From an uncultured Pseudomonadales bacterium (GTDB taxonomy: Bacteria; Patescibacteriota; Microgenomatia; UBA1400; PJMF01), in NCBI GenBank assembly GCA_964521215.1, contig CAZFRD010000004.1, positions 241 to 64,240 on the forward strand: a DNA stretch of 64,000 bases. The letters are read 5' to 3'. The position numbers were made by a program, and so were the translations under genes. A model generated the notes under the pieces. The model did not search any database. It saw only the letters and a program-made list of their open reading frames with translations, and had not been told where the DNA came from. Within the stretch, counting starts at the first letter, position 1, and each line of letters opens with the position of its first letter. Shown here piece by piece: positions 8,227-18,776 of the stretch.

Positions 8227-11076
8227 TTAGTCTTGCTTAGTGGTTACTTGAAGGTTGACTCCCACCGTGAGTTTGGCGTTAGTTTTGAGCTCAATTTCCG
8301 CTTGCCACTCCATCGGCCATTGGGGCAAGGTGACTTCAGCAATGGTGTCAAGGCTCAGACCAGCTTCTTTACGCAAGCCCTGAATGGTGCGAATAATTTC
8401 TCTGGCTTGACCTTCAGCAATCAAAGCTGGAGTCAAGTTGAGGTCTAGGTCTACCTCAACTTCATCAGTACCCTTGACCCATTCAACGGCTTTGACATTC
8501 AGTTCTTGTTTAATGATGTCTTGTAGATCGGGAGCGAGTTTGGCCGTAGCGGTTTTAACTTGGAGTGTGGCAAGCGGTTGTCTAACTTTGATTGCCTTTT
8601 CTTTCCTCATGGCGTGAGCTTTTTCGCATATTTTCTGCACTAAAGTCATCTGTTGTTCTAACTTTTCGTCAATGAGTTTGGTGTTAATTGTTGGCCAGTC
8701 GGTGAGATGCAAACTGCTTTCCGCCTCGACCACGTTTTGATAGATTAATTCGCTAAAAAAAGGAGTGATAGGTGCGGCCAGTTGTGAAAGGATAACCAAG
8801 ACCGTGTTGAGAACATGAGTTGATTGCTCGCGAGTGGCGGTCTGGCGGAATCTATCTCGACTTTGACGGATATACCAAGTGGAAAGCTCACTAACAAACT
8901 CAATTAAAGCTCTACCAGCCCTGACAACGTCGTATGTATCCAGGTAGGTGGTCACTTGGCTAATTAGTGAATGAGTGCGACTGATTATCCAGCGATCCAT
9001 AATATGAGTTGGGCGGCACTCCTTTAGAGGTAATGCCTGTGGTTGGGCAAACAATCGATAGAAGGAAAAGACATTCCACCAGATTAAAAATACTCGTTTG
9101 CGAATATCGGAGACCTCTTTTTCGTTAAAATTACTATTTTCGCCCTTCATCACAGAGGAGCTCATTAGATAAAGCCTCAGACTATCGACGCCGTATTTAT
9201 GAATCACCTCCATTGGATCGGGAAAGTTTTTTTTGGACTTGCTCATTTTACTACCGTCTGATGCCATGATTGTGCCCGTGGTGAGAGTATTTTCGACTGC
9301 CATTTTGTCGAAAATTCCGACCGACATCACGTGCATGGTATAAAACCAGGCACGAGTTTGGGCAATATACTCACTGACAAATTGAGCTGGATAAGTAGCG
9401 TCAAATAATGCCTTGTTTTCAAAAGGGTAATGTCGTGAGGCGTATGGCATCGAACCAGATTCCACCCAACAGTCGAAAACCTCTGGGATACGTGTGCCCT
9501 TAATAGTTTTTTGATCATCAATCCAAACTTCGATTTGGTCAACGTAATGTCGATGTAAATCACTCAAATCTTTGATGTCATCTGGGTTGACGGCCCAAGT
9601 TTTGAGTTCGGCAATCGAGCCAATGACGCGCTGTTCTCCCGTTGGTGCCTGCCAAACTGGCATGGGAGTGCCCCAGTATCTGGAGCGAGAAATATTCCAA
9701 TCAGGGGCATTTTCTAGTCCTTTGGCAAAGCGACCATTTTTTAAGTGCTGGGGATACCAATTCATTTTTTGATTTTCACTGAGAAGTTTGGGTTTGAGCT
9801 GCTGGACATCAATAAACCAAGCTGGTACAGGAGAATAATAGAGCCTCGTACTACAGCGGTAACAAACTGGTACGCTATGAGTGTGAGGTCGATCGGCATA
9901 AAGCAGGTCTCTTGCCAGTAATTCTTGATTAACTAGTGGGTTGACCTCGGCGATCGATAACCCTGCCCATGGTTTAACTTCAGGTTTAATTTTGCCCTCT
10001 TCATCCACATGTTCGGCCATTTGAATCTGTTCGGCCTGCATCACTCGGAAATCATCCTCGCCATAAACTGCTAGGGTGACCACTCCCGTGCCTTCTTCGG
10101 CAGTCACAAATGGATCAGCCACTATTACGCCGAAGCGCTCTGCGGTTGAGCGTTGGGGATAAAAATCGTAGTGGGGGGTAAATTTGAGTTGAGTTAATTC
10201 TTTGCCAGTGAAATTTTTTTCGATTGTATATGGCTGATCATTAAGTATCGCGAGCGTAGAACGGGCTAAGATGTAGTGTTGATTATCTTGGAAGACTTGG
10301 ACATATTCTAGATCTGGATGCACGGCAAGCGCTGGCGTGACGATTTTGTTCCACGGCGTGGTAGACCAAGCGAGAATATAAGTTGAGTCTTGACCCACGA
10401 TTGGATATTTGTAGGTTGTAGCGGTATCAGTAATTGTTTCATAACTATTATCCATGGCAATTTCGAAGTTAGACAGAGGGGTTGCACAGCGTGAGCAATA
10501 GAGAATTACTCTTTTGCCTTGGTAAATAAGGCCTTTTTTATTCAGTTCAGAAAACCCCCACCAAACCGACTCCATATAGGATCGGTCCATCGTCTTATAA
10601 CTATGTTCGAAGTCAACCCATCTGCCTAACCGAGCAATAATCTTTTCCCATTCTTGATCCAGACGTAATACTTCCGAACGACAGGCTTCGTTAAAAGTAT
10701 CTATGCCTCTGGCTTCAATTTCGCGTTTTCCTCCCGTAATTCCCAGTTTTTGCTCAATCATGTTTTCGATAGGTAATCCATGACAATCCCAGCCCCAGAC
10801 TCTCTCTACCCGATAGCCCTTCATGGTCCAGTAACGAGCAATGACATCCTTGCTGGTGGATCCAAGTAAATGGCCGTAATGGGGCATGCCGGTGGCAAAA
10901 GGAGGCCCATCATAAAAAACATACTGCTTCGTTTTTGGGCGCAGATTGACCGAGGCGGAAAAGGCACTAGTTTCATCCCAATAGGATTGCACCAGTTCTT
11001 CCAGCGCATCAAGCTGGGGAGCTTGCGGCAACTCTGAGAGGCGTAGATTGTTGGTTATTTGTTTTTTGTTGCTCAT
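8227..11076 (-). CDS. ileS: Isoleucyl-tRNA synthetase
   Basis: Class I HIGH motif 'PPFATGMPHYGH' (IleRS-type) and KMSKS 'GSKMSKSKKNFPDP'. About 950 aa. ATG at 11076 is preferred over the ORF-track TTG at 11097. Confidence 0.9.
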   Translation of the reverse strand: MSNKKQITNNLRLSELPQAPQLDALEELVQSYWDETSAFSASVNLRPKTKQYVFYDGPPFATGMPHYGHLLGSTSKDVIARYWTMKGYRVERVWGWDCHGLPIENMIEQKLGITGGKREIEARGIDTFNEACRSEVLRLDQEWEKIIARLGRWVDFEHSYKTMDRSYMESVWWGFSELNKKGLIYQGKRVILYCSRCATPLSNFEIAMDNSYETITDTATTYKYPIVGQDSTYILAWSTTPWNKIVTPALAVHPDLEYVQVFQDNQHYILARSTLAILNDQPYTIEKNFTGKELTQLKFTPHYDFYPQRSTAERFGVIVADPFVTAEEGTGVVTLAVYGEDDFRVMQAEQIQMAEHVDEEGKIKPEVKPWAGLSIAEVNPLVNQELLARDLLYADRPHTHSVPVCYRCSTRLYYSPVPAWFIDVQQLKPKLLSENQKMNWYPQHLKNGRFAKGLENAPDWNISRSRYWGTPMPVWQAPTGEQRVIGSIAELKTWAVNPDDIKDLSDLHRHYVDQIEVWIDDQKTIKGTRIPEVFDCWVESGSMPYASRHYPFENKALFDATYPAQFVSEYIAQTRAWFYTMHVMSVGIFDKMAVENTLTTGTIMASDGSKMSKSKKNFPDPMEVIHKYGVDSLRLYLMSSSVMKGENSNFNEKEVSDIRKRVFLIWWNVFSFYRLFAQPQALPLKECRPTHIMDRWIISRTHSLISQVTTYLDTYDVVRAGRALIEFVSELSTWYIRQSRDRFRQTATREQSTHVLNTVLVILSQLAAPITPFFSELIYQNVVEAESSLHLTDWPTINTKLIDEKLEQQMTLVQKICEKAHAMRKEKAIKVRQPLATLQVKTATAKLAPDLQDIIKQELNVKAVEWVKGTDEVEVDLDLNLTPALIAEGQAREIIRTIQGLRKEAGLSLDTIAEVTLPQWPMEWQAEIELKTNAKLTVGVNLQVTTKQD

Positions 11077-11272
11077 TGAATTTCCATAGTATCGCAATAA
11101 GTGAGGTGGGAGTCAACCGAGATTGTTTTGGTAGTATACCTATAATAACTTAAATTGACATAGTTATAACTATATAGTACACTATGCAACAGTAAAATAA
11201 AGATCAAATATATAAACAATCTATACAAATATCAGTATCAATATATCAATAATAAACAAAGTCAAACAAAGC

Positions 11273-13009
11273 ATGCAAAAAAGAACCAATCAACCAATCC
11301 TTATTTACTCCGCTCAATCAAAATCAAAAAAACCAGTGACGGGGTTAAGGTTACTCGTAGTTGCGGTTTTTTCTCTTTTTGGAGGTATGTTCGCTTCTAC
11401 CCTTGGCTCAGTGCTATTACAAAAAGTTGGAGTTACTTCCACTGCACCCCAGGTTGCACAAGCAGTCTATGGTAGTACGGCCAGATGCTCGAATGCTGAC
11501 GGCGAGTGGAAAATCAATGCCATAGGTGAAAGTTATAACGCCGATAATGCATCTTATACTGGAATTTTTGATTTAGTTCCTCCCAGCGCAGTCACCACTG
11601 CAACCGATGTGGAAATCGATGGTCTAAAATTTTTCTGTCCGCTGGCTACTGGTCAAGATGGCGATGGTTCGCCTAGTTCAAATGGACAATGTGCCTTACA
11701 ATGGTACGTTCACACTGTCACTGGTGAAAGAATCAGATTTACTCAAGAAACTTCCACTTTTCACTTCAATACTGGTGATACAAATCCTAGAAGGATTGAA
11801 TATACTCTTTCTAATGCTCCCCCGCGTTGTGGCGGATATCAGTTGGATTTGGGTTTTAAACAAATAGTGACGACAGCTCAAACTACTCAATGTAGTGGGA
11901 TCGTTTTAGGCAACTTAGCTCACGCTACCTGTACTTCGCCCAACTGTACCGTCGCAGGTTTTACGGGTGCCTCATGTAATATTCCAGCCAACTGTCCAGC
12001 CGATGCTTTGGCGGTTAATTTCACGAATGAGGGTGCTCAGGTGAATCTCCAATTGGGGATTTTTAACAACTCTCCACTTAAACCAGAAATCAATTATCGA
12101 GTTTACCGAGAATCAGGTAGTCATGGGGCGTGGCAGGGAGGTTGCACCTACGGTCAGTACGCTTGTTTTATCCCCAAAAGTTTTTATGCAAATTTTACGG
12201 CAGAAGAAAAACTTCAAGTAATTGTGAACGTTCATTTGGTCAGATCTGACGGAGTGGAACTAAATGTTTGTAGCTGGAATAGAGGTTGGGTGCCAGAACA
12301 ACCAGTTAATAATGAATACTTCTTGGGCAGTTGCAGCAATCAGTGTCAATTGATTAGAACTGTACCAGTGGTCACTCCTACAGCGACACCGACTCCAACC
12401 TTGTCTATCACTCCCACACCAACTAGTGTGATTACGGCTACTCCTACACCAACCGCCACGCCTACTCCCACACGTACACCCACCCCAACACCGACAATCA
12501 CAACGACACCAACGCCAACGGTCACCCCTACGCCAGTACCTCAATGTAATTCTCAGTGTAGAAGTGACTTAGAATGTCCAAAAGATTTATATTGCTACTT
12601 TGGACTTGGTCCAATTGTGCCCAACATTGGTCATTGTCGATTAAAATCTAACCCAACTGATCTGATGTGCAGGCCAAAGCCGACAGCTACTCCTACACCA
12701 ACTAACACTCCAACTCCTACGCTAACGGCTACGCCTACCCCAACTGCCACGGTGACGCCTACACCAACCGCCACCGCCACACCCACGCCGACGGTGACAA
12801 CTACTCCCAATCCAACTGCGACACCGACTCCAACCGCCACAATTACTCCAACACCTGAGATCAGAACCGTGGTTATCTACCGAGATGGCACTCCAGTTGA
12901 GCCTCATCAGCCAATTGATACGGGCGTAAATGCGGGGGAAGCAGTGGCAAGTGTCAGTATTTTTATCTCAGGATTAGCTTGGTTTATCAGGCAGAGAATC
13001 CTCTCCTAA
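11273..13009 (+). CDS. Secreted/cell-surface protein: signal peptide, Cys-rich globular domain, two Thr/Pro-repeat linkers flanking a small Cys-rich module, C-terminal TM anchor
   Basis: N-terminal hydrophobic segment, more than 25 Cys in the first 360 aa, (T/A-P-T-P)n tracts, and a C-terminal '[21 protein letters not shown]' anchor. Confidence 0.5.
   Translation: MQKRTNQPILIYSAQSKSKKPVTGLRLLVVAVFSLFGGMFASTLGSVLLQKVGVTSTAPQVAQAVYGSTARCSNADGEWKINAIGESYNADNASYTGIFDLVPPSAVTTATDVEIDGLKFFCPLATGQDGDGSPSSNGQCALQWYVHTVTGERIRFTQETSTFHFNTGDTNPRRIEYTLSNAPPRCGGYQLDLGFKQIVTTAQTTQCSGIVLGNLAHATCTSPNCTVAGFTGASCNIPANCPADALAVNFTNEGAQVNLQLGIFNNSPLKPEINYRVYRESGSHGAWQGGCTYGQYACFIPKSFYANFTAEEKLQVIVNVHLVRSDGVELNVCSWNRGWVPEQPVNNEYFLGSCSNQCQLIRTVPVVTPTATPTPTLSITPTPTSVITATPTPTATPTPTRTPTPTPTITTTPTPTVTPTPVPQCNSQCRSDLECPKDLYCYFGLGPIVPNIGHCRLKSNPTDLMCRPKPTATPTPTNTPTPTLTATPTPTATVTPTPTATATPTPTVTTTPNPTATPTPTATITPTPEIRTVVIYRDGTPVEPHQPIDTGVNAGEAVASVSIFISGLAWFIRQRILS
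12375..12545 (+). repeat. Tandem degenerate ACNCCNAC(N)GCC repeats encoding a (TPTPTAT)n linker, tract 1
   Basis: Visible nucleotide periodicity 'acaccaaccgccacgcctactcccacacgtacacccaccccaacaccgaca'. It generates spurious antisense ORFs. Confidence 0.7.
12675..12858 (+). repeat. Tandem degenerate repeats encoding a second (TPTPTAT)n linker, tract 2
   Basis: 'actcctacaccaactaacactccaactcctacgctaacggctacgcctaccccaactgccacg...', a paralogous repeat of tract 1. Confidence 0.7.
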
Positions 13010-13028
13010 TTCAAAATCGAAATTAGTT

Positions 13029-13065
13029 AAAAGCGCCGATTGGTTGTGCCAATCGGCGCTTTTTT
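13029..13065. terminator. Bidirectional rho-independent terminator between convergent genes (surface protein + / ftsZ -)
   Basis: Perfect 11-bp GC-rich stem (gcgccgattgg / ccaatcggcgc) with a 5-nt loop (ttgtg), flanked by AAAA on the 5' side and TTTTTT on the 3' side. Confidence 0.8.
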
Positions 13066-13087
13066 CGTTGTTTAAGCGTTGGAAAGA

Positions 13088-14353
13088 TTATGACTTTGGC
13101 TTATTGTTTCTCAGAAAGGCGGGAATTTCAAAATCATCTGAAAAGTCATCACTCAAATCAGGCGCAGAGGGCTTAAAAGTTTCTTTGGTTGAGCTTAGTG
13201 CTTGATTGACGTCACTATCATTCACACCACTGGAATTTTGATTGAGTTGTGAAATGGTGGTTGGTTGGATGAAGCCAGTGGGTGCTCTATCAATGATGGG
13301 CTGAGCTTCCATCTGCTGGGTGGGTTCGAGACGTTGGCTGGAGTCTTTGCTATAAGCACCAAAGTAGGGACGAGAGCCAGACGAGTACTTCATATGTTTT
13401 TCATTAAAACCAGTGGCAATGACACTGATTTTAATTTTTGAACCCATCTCTTCGTTGATTGTTGCCCCAAAAATAATATTAGCATCGGGATCGGCGGCAT
13501 TGGCGATAATGTTGGATGCATCAGATACTTCAGTCATCGTTAAGTCACCACCACCAATGATGTTGTACAGAATCCCTTTGGCACCTTCGATGGAAATCTC
13601 GAGCAACGGCGAGGCGATTGCCATACGGGCAGCAGCGGTGGCTCGATTTTCTCCCGTAGCCTCACCAATGCCCATCAGAGCCGAGCCAGATTCTGCCATG
13701 ACAGTTTTGACATCTGCAAAGTCCACATTAATTAAACCTGGAACAGTGATTAGATCGGAAATCCCTTGGACACCCTGGCCCAGCACATTGTCGGCTAAGC
13801 GAAATGCATCAAGCAAAGTCATTTTTTTGTCCACAATATCCATTAGCCGCTGATTGGGAATGACAATCAGTGTATCGACACTGTCTCGCAGGCCTTCTAT
13901 GCCTTCTTCGGCGGCCTGCATGCGTTTAATGCCTTCAAAAGTGAATGGTTTAGTGACGACCGCCACTGTGAGCGCCCCACTTTCTTTGGCAATTTCGGCA
14001 ATGATTGGTGAAGCACCAGTACCAGTGCCACCGCCCATGCCGGCGGTAATGAAAACCATGTCGGTATCAAAGAGCAATTCCTTAATTTTATCGTATGACT
14101 CTTCGGCTGCGGTCTTACCCACATCTGGATCAGCCCCAGAACCCAAGCCTTTAGTAAAATTACTGCCAATTTGCAACTTAGTGTCTGCTTTTGAAGTGAG
14201 TAAGGCTTGGGCGTCAGTGTTGATGCTGATAAACTCCACGCCTTGAATTTGACCAGAGTCGATCATCGAATTGACGGCATTGCCTCCCCCTCCACCAACG
14301 CCGATGACCTTAATTTTTGCAAAGGTAGTATTGGTTGGTTTCACTAATGCCAT
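13088..14353 (-). CDS. ftsZ: Cell division GTPase FtsZ
   Basis: '[17 protein letters not shown]' is the tubulin/FtsZ GGGTGTG signature. A long Ser/Asp-rich C-terminal tail ends in '[10 protein letters not shown]', the conserved C-terminal peptide. Start taken at the ATG (MALVKP) rather than the ORF-track TTG. Confidence 0.95.
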   Translation of the reverse strand: MALVKPTNTTFAKIKVIGVGGGGGNAVNSMIDSGQIQGVEFISINTDAQALLTSKADTKLQIGSNFTKGLGSGADPDVGKTAAEESYDKIKELLFDTDMVFITAGMGGGTGTGASPIIAEIAKESGALTVAVVTKPFTFEGIKRMQAAEEGIEGLRDSVDTLIVIPNQRLMDIVDKKMTLLDAFRLADNVLGQGVQGISDLITVPGLINVDFADVKTVMAESGSALMGIGEATGENRATAAARMAIASPLLEISIEGAKGILYNIIGGGDLTMTEVSDASNIIANAADPDANIIFGATINEEMGSKIKISVIATGFNEKHMKYSSGSRPYFGAYSKDSSQRLEPTQQMEAQPIIDRAPTGFIQPTTISQLNQNSSGVNDSDVNQALSSTKETFKPSAPDLSDDFSDDFEIPAFLRNNKPKS

Positions 14354-14424
14354 AGTTTGGTATAGAAGCAATTACTTTTGCAAGTGTATCACGTCTGTTC
14401 CGCAGATCAACCACTAGTCAACGG

Positions 14425-15729
14425 CTAGGGCAGTAGCGAACGAAAGAATTGAATTATTTTCGTCGGAAAGTCAGTAATTTTGGCAAAAGGCATTTTTGAG
14501 AAGTTGAAACCGGCTTTATCCGAAGTTTGCATTTGCTTGGCCCCATAGACCAACAAACCAATAGCTGTTGAATAGGTTGGGCTATGAATATCACTGGTTA
14601 AACCCTGCAACTCCTGAGGTAGTCCAATTCTGGCCGGTAGCTGGAGAGTGTGTTTAGCGACCTCGGTTAGCATGACGGATTGTGCGCCACCCCCCGTGAT
14701 CACCAGACCTGCGGGTACCAACGAAAACAACTTTTTTTTCTCTAGCTGATCTCCCACTAAGCTAATTAATTCCTTCATGCGGGGAACCATGATTCCCTCA
14801 ACGACTGATTTTTTCGAGATTGAATCATTTTCGTCCAAGACGCCAATATCGCTGAGTTGCAAAGAGTCATGCAACTTTTTCCTTTTACTAAAATCTTGTT
14901 TTGATTCTCCAGGGTGAGGATTGAGTGGCTTGAGATTTTCTTGGGATAAATGAGTTTTAATTTTTTCTGCTGCGTCTAAACTAACCCGACAGCCAAGAGC
15001 AATATCCTGAGTAATATGACGAGCGCCGATGGGTAAACTGGCCGAGTACTCAAGCGAACCGTCTACATAGGCGCAAAGTGAAGTTGAACCGGCGCCAATG
15101 TCGAGCGACACCACTCCCAACTCTTTTTCTGTTTCTGAAAGTACAACTTCGGCGCTTGCTAGACCGGAGAAAACAAAGGCATCAAGATTGATGCCTAAAT
15201 CTAAAATACATTTTTCTAAATTTCTCATTGTCGTGGTGAGACCGGTAATAATATGCGCCTCGGTTTCTAGGCGAACGCCAGTCATGCCGATAGGATCTTT
15301 AATGCCCTCCTGAGAGTCGACCGAAAAACACTTGGGAATAATATGAATCACTTCTCGATCCGAAGGAAGGGAGATGGCTCTGGCTGCTTCGATAACTCGA
15401 GTGACGTCGTCGGCAGAAATCTCTTGATCCGGTGCGGCAACCGCCACCACGCCTTTTGAGTTGAGGGAGCTGATGTGAGAGCCAGATATCGATACATAAG
15501 CACTTTTAATCTCCACTCCCGCCATACGTTCAGCGGAATCTAGACTTTCAGTGACTGATATAAGCACCTGTTCTAGGTCAATGATCTGACTCTTTTTTAC
15601 GCCTTTCGAAGGAATGGCCGCTACTCCCATGACACGAATAACACGCGTTTCTTTATCGATCGCCGCAATCACCGTCACGCATTTGTCGGTGCCTACATCT
15701 ATCGCTGTAACTATATCGGCTCTTGCCAT
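14425..15729 (-). CDS. ftsA: Cell division protein FtsA (actin-like ATPase)
   Basis: 'ADIVTAIDVGTDKCVTVIA...' and 'DIGAGSTSL' are FtsA/actin fold phosphate motifs. Position immediately upstream of ftsZ. Confidence 0.9.
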   Translation of the reverse strand: MARADIVTAIDVGTDKCVTVIAAIDKETRVIRVMGVAAIPSKGVKKSQIIDLEQVLISVTESLDSAERMAGVEIKSAYVSISGSHISSLNSKGVVAVAAPDQEISADDVTRVIEAARAISLPSDREVIHIIPKCFSVDSQEGIKDPIGMTGVRLETEAHIITGLTTTMRNLEKCILDLGINLDAFVFSGLASAEVVLSETEKELGVVSLDIGAGSTSLCAYVDGSLEYSASLPIGARHITQDIALGCRVSLDAAEKIKTHLSQENLKPLNPHPGESKQDFSKRKKLHDSLQLSDIGVLDENDSISKKSVVEGIMVPRMKELISLVGDQLEKKKLFSLVPAGLVITGGGAQSVMLTEVAKHTLQLPARIGLPQELQGLTSDIHSPTYSTAIGLLVYGAKQMQTSDKAGFNFSKMPFAKITDFPTKIIQFFRSLLP

Positions 15730-15797
15730 AATTGTATGTTATACCATTGCGTCTGCAATAAAATCCTACTCAATTTACGTTTGTAAGCATAGCAAAT

Positions 15798-16559
15798 CTA
15801 GAGTGACTTGCGTAGTACCGGCAATGAAAAACGCACATCAAGATAAGAATCTGCTTGTAATTTCTCTGATAGGATTGAGGTGCCAGCTAATAAGACTAAG
15901 CGATCTAGATTTGCCTCAAGTTCTATTGGGTCAATGACCACTCGATCAATCGACGGTAAGGCTAGCACCCAGGCGTGTTGACCTATTAGCCTTACTTCTT
16001 GACACTGCAACTGACGAACTTCAAGCACGTCAAGCAATAATCTCAACTGATCATGCAAGTCAAACCGAATTTGCTTGTTGGATAGCATTTCATTTTGATT
16101 GAAAGGATCGAAACTATTATTTTCGTTCAAGGAGAAAACTATGGTGCAGTAATTACTAATATCCTGCGTTGATATATCTGTTAGTGGAATTAAGCCACCA
16201 AGCTCAGTGACGAAGTATTGATCGGTGGCAAATTTTACCAAATAAACTGGGTCAATTGGTTGAAGCACTATCTTAACCTCTCCCAACAAAGTCTTGGTAA
16301 TCGCTTGTACTTTGAACCGCTGATTAACCGAGGCTAAGGTCTGAATTTTTTGAGTCAAATTTGAAAATAACAGACGACTGCTTGGCAAAGACTGAAGCTC
16401 GCTTTCGACGTCTGCGGGACAGCCGGAAAGGTTGGTGAGTTGACAAGTCACATGCCTTATTTGTAGTAGATTAGAAGCCAGCACCAACAGAAGCATCACT
16501 GCCAAAACCACTGCAAGACTAGAAGTGAGCTGAAACCACTGTTTAGTTGGATTGGACAT
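15798..16559 (-). CDS. ftsQ: FtsQ/DivIB-like cell division protein (N-terminal TM plus POTRA-like periplasmic domain)
   Basis: Single N-terminal TM helix and 253 aa. The canonical position between murG and ftsA. Sequence similarity is weak. Confidence 0.55.
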   Translation of the reverse strand: MSNPTKQWFQLTSSLAVVLAVMLLLVLASNLLQIRHVTCQLTNLSGCPADVESELQSLPSSRLLFSNLTQKIQTLASVNQRFKVQAITKTLLGEVKIVLQPIDPVYLVKFATDQYFVTELGGLIPLTDISTQDISNYCTIVFSLNENNSFDPFNQNEMLSNKQIRFDLHDQLRLLLDVLEVRQLQCQEVRLIGQHAWVLALPSIDRVVIDPIELEANLDRLVLLAGTSILSEKLQADSYLDVRFSLPVLRKSL

Positions 16560-17664
16560 TTTGAATCAAGTCAAATAATAACTCACAACTATTTAGTGAA
16601 CGTGAATTCTGTTGTAGCGATGCTTTCATCTGCCCCAACTGAGGTTTTACTCGATCAAGAGCGTGTAATAATGAGGTCGGATTGAGTTGCTTTTGGTCAA
16701 TTAGCAGTGCACCGCCAAGACTTTGCATTGCCTCTGCATTTTGTTTTTGCTCATTCTGGTGGGAAAAAGGGAGGGGAATTAAAATCGATGGAATGGCAAA
16801 ACTAATTAACTCCTCGACTGTATTAGCTCCAGCACGAGATATAACTAAGTTGGCATGTTGGTAGATCCAAGCCAACTCTTGGTCTAGTATCCACTCACGA
16901 ATGAAGTATCTTTTTTGTCCACTAGCACTCAATTTGGCGGCGGCGGAATTAAGCTCTTGTTGATAGTCACGGTCCTTGGAGGCCGTGCCACACTGATGGA
17001 TTACTAACCAGTTTTTGGTCAGATTATCGAGTAGTTGCATAATGGTGGCATTCAAAATTTCTGAACCCTGAGAGCCACCGGTTATATAAAGAATTGGTCT
17101 GTCAGCTTGATTAGTTAACCACGCTGGCTTTGTTTGGTTGGGATTGTGGAGTGCTTGGCGCAGAGGGTTACCGACGACCTGAGATTTTGACTTGTCAACT
17201 TGAGTCATAGATTCGACGTGAGCGAGGCCAATTTTTTTTGCAAAAATTCCAATCACGCGGTTGGCCATACCCAAGCCATGAGTTTGCTCGTGAGTGATTA
17301 TGGGGATGCGTAACAGCCAGGCCGCAAGTGCCAGTGGTACTCCCAGATAACCGCCGAATGTCAAAACCACAGTTGGTCGGATCTGGATTAATAATTTGAG
17401 TGCCTTGGGGACAGTGATGATTAGCAACAATAGGTGAAACAACTGGAAAAAAGTGTGGGCCGCAATTAATTTTCCAGAATCGAAGGCAATAAACTGTATT
17501 TGTCTTTTTTCTATCTCCTCTTTTTCATGCGCTGGCTGTTTTGAGCGTTTTCTGGCATAAAGTCGGCCAACAAAAATAATTGCGACATCTGGGTGAGCTA
17601 CCCGAAGATAGTCAATGAAAGCCAGCGCTGGTGTGAGATGACCGCCCGTAATGAGTAGCTTCAT
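16543..17664 (-). CDS. murG: Undecaprenyldiphospho-muramoylpentapeptide beta-N-acetylglucosaminyltransferase
   Basis: 'MKLLITGGHLTPALAFIDYL' and the C-terminal 'ISRAGANTVEEL' match GT28 MurG. Confidence 0.9.
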   Translation of the reverse strand: MKLLITGGHLTPALAFIDYLRVAHPDVAIIFVGRLYARKRSKQPAHEKEEIEKRQIQFIAFDSGKLIAAHTFFQLFHLLLLIITVPKALKLLIQIRPTVVLTFGGYLGVPLALAAWLLRIPIITHEQTHGLGMANRVIGIFAKKIGLAHVESMTQVDKSKSQVVGNPLRQALHNPNQTKPAWLTNQADRPILYITGGSQGSEILNATIMQLLDNLTKNWLVIHQCGTASKDRDYQQELNSAAAKLSASGQKRYFIREWILDQELAWIYQHANLVISRAGANTVEELISFAIPSILIPLPFSHQNEQKQNAEAMQSLGGALLIDQKQLNPTSLLHALDRVKPQLGQMKASLQQNSRSLNSCELLFDLIQNVQSN

Positions 17665-18767
17665 ATTTTTTCTGTTGTATTACCCGTCCTAATGATTATG
17701 GCACAAGCGAAGAGAGTCATCACCTGCGAAGAGCGACCGTAAGAGAAAAATGGTAGTGGGATCCCAGTTAGAGGAACCAAGCCGACGACGGCAGCTAAAT
17801 TGAGTGTGGTTTGCAACATAATCCAACTCAACATACCTAGGGCCAACAATCGTTCGTTGTCACTCACGGTGCTGTTTTGAATCATGCGGTACCCAGAGTA
17901 AAATAATGTAACAAAGAGCAGGCAGATAACGACCGAACCAACAAAACCAACTTCTTCTGCGATAATAGCAAAAATAGAGTCAGTCGTGGACTCGGGAATA
18001 TAGGCATATTTTTGGTTTGAATTGCCCAGTCCTTGGCCCCACAATCCCCCCCTACCCAACGCTAATGAGATCTGGCGGATGTGAAATGAGGCACCAAGTG
18101 GGTCTGAATCGGGGTTAATGAAACTGGTTAGGCGTTGGAGTCGATAGGGTGAGGTGATAATTAAAATCAGTAAAATTGGTACGCTAATCAGACTCATGGT
18201 AAAAAGTAGCTTGAGTTTTCCACCAGCTAAGTAGTAGAGAATAATGGAAATACCTAGTACAACTAAAAATGAACCCATATCAGGTTGCAGCAGTAGTAGG
18301 AAGGCGGGCAGTGCTAAGACGATTAAAAATTGAGAGATTTGTTTCTGCTTGATGAGCCAACCAGATAAGTACATAATCAAAGCGCCTTTGAAGAACTCAA
18401 CTGGTTGAAAACGAATAGAACCAAGAGCAAACCACCGACGAGCACCATTGAGGTCAAGACCCACGCCGGGGATAAAAACTAAGAGGAGCAAGCAGAGTCC
18501 GAAGATATAAGCCAGCGGTCCAAGCTTCAGCCAGATGCTGGGTTTAATGAATAAGCCAATTGTAAAAAAGACAAAGGCAATGAGCAATCCTAGTAGGTGC
18601 TGTTTAAATAAATAATAAGGATCGGAAAAGGTGGCGGCACTTTCGACCAAAGATATATCCAACATAAAGAGTGTGCCCAAAGCCAGCAGGACCACTAAGA
18701 CGCTTAGAAAAAGGGATTGCCAACGATTAAGTAACCGAGGGGACTGGAGCAATCTACGTTTATGCAT
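17661..18767 (-). CDS. ftsW: Lipid II flippase / peptidoglycan glycosyltransferase FtsW (SEDS)
   Basis: Multi-TM with 'SIFAIIAEEVGFVGS' and 'PLPFFSYGRSS', SEDS signatures. In the dcw cluster between mraY and murG. Confidence 0.85.
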   Translation of the reverse strand: MHKRRLLQSPRLLNRWQSLFLSVLVVLLALGTLFMLDISLVESAATFSDPYYLFKQHLLGLLIAFVFFTIGLFIKPSIWLKLGPLAYIFGLCLLLLVFIPGVGLDLNGARRWFALGSIRFQPVEFFKGALIMYLSGWLIKQKQISQFLIVLALPAFLLLLQPDMGSFLVVLGISIILYYLAGGKLKLLFTMSLISVPILLILIITSPYRLQRLTSFINPDSDPLGASFHIRQISLALGRGGLWGQGLGNSNQKYAYIPESTTDSIFAIIAEEVGFVGSVVICLLFVTLFYSGYRMIQNSTVSDNERLLALGMLSWIMLQTTLNLAAVVGLVPLTGIPLPFFSYGRSSQVMTLFACAIIIRTGNTTEKI

Positions 18768-18776
18768 GTGAGACTA

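Noticed and set aside
11098-11272. Looked for a T-box leader upstream of ileS, which is common in Firmicutes
   Set aside because: The minus-strand leader has no AGGGUGGNACCGCG-like motif and no terminator hairpin. It is an AT-rich region with CAAA/ATAT repeats, more likely a promoter or UP element.
12260-12907. Three antisense ORFs (12260..12544, 12631..12840, 12722..12907) with Gly/Val/Arg/Cys-rich translations
   Set aside because: They are artefacts of the ACNCCNAC tandem repeats that encode the TPTP linkers on the plus strand. They lack starts in good context and their composition is repeat-driven.
13413-14246. Plus-strand ORFs of 146, 130 and 90 aa (the latter at 13897..14169 on the minus strand) inside ftsZ
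   Set aside because: They lie entirely within the strongly supported ftsZ coding region. They are high-GC antisense frames with Ala/Ser/Pro-rich translations and no independent signals.
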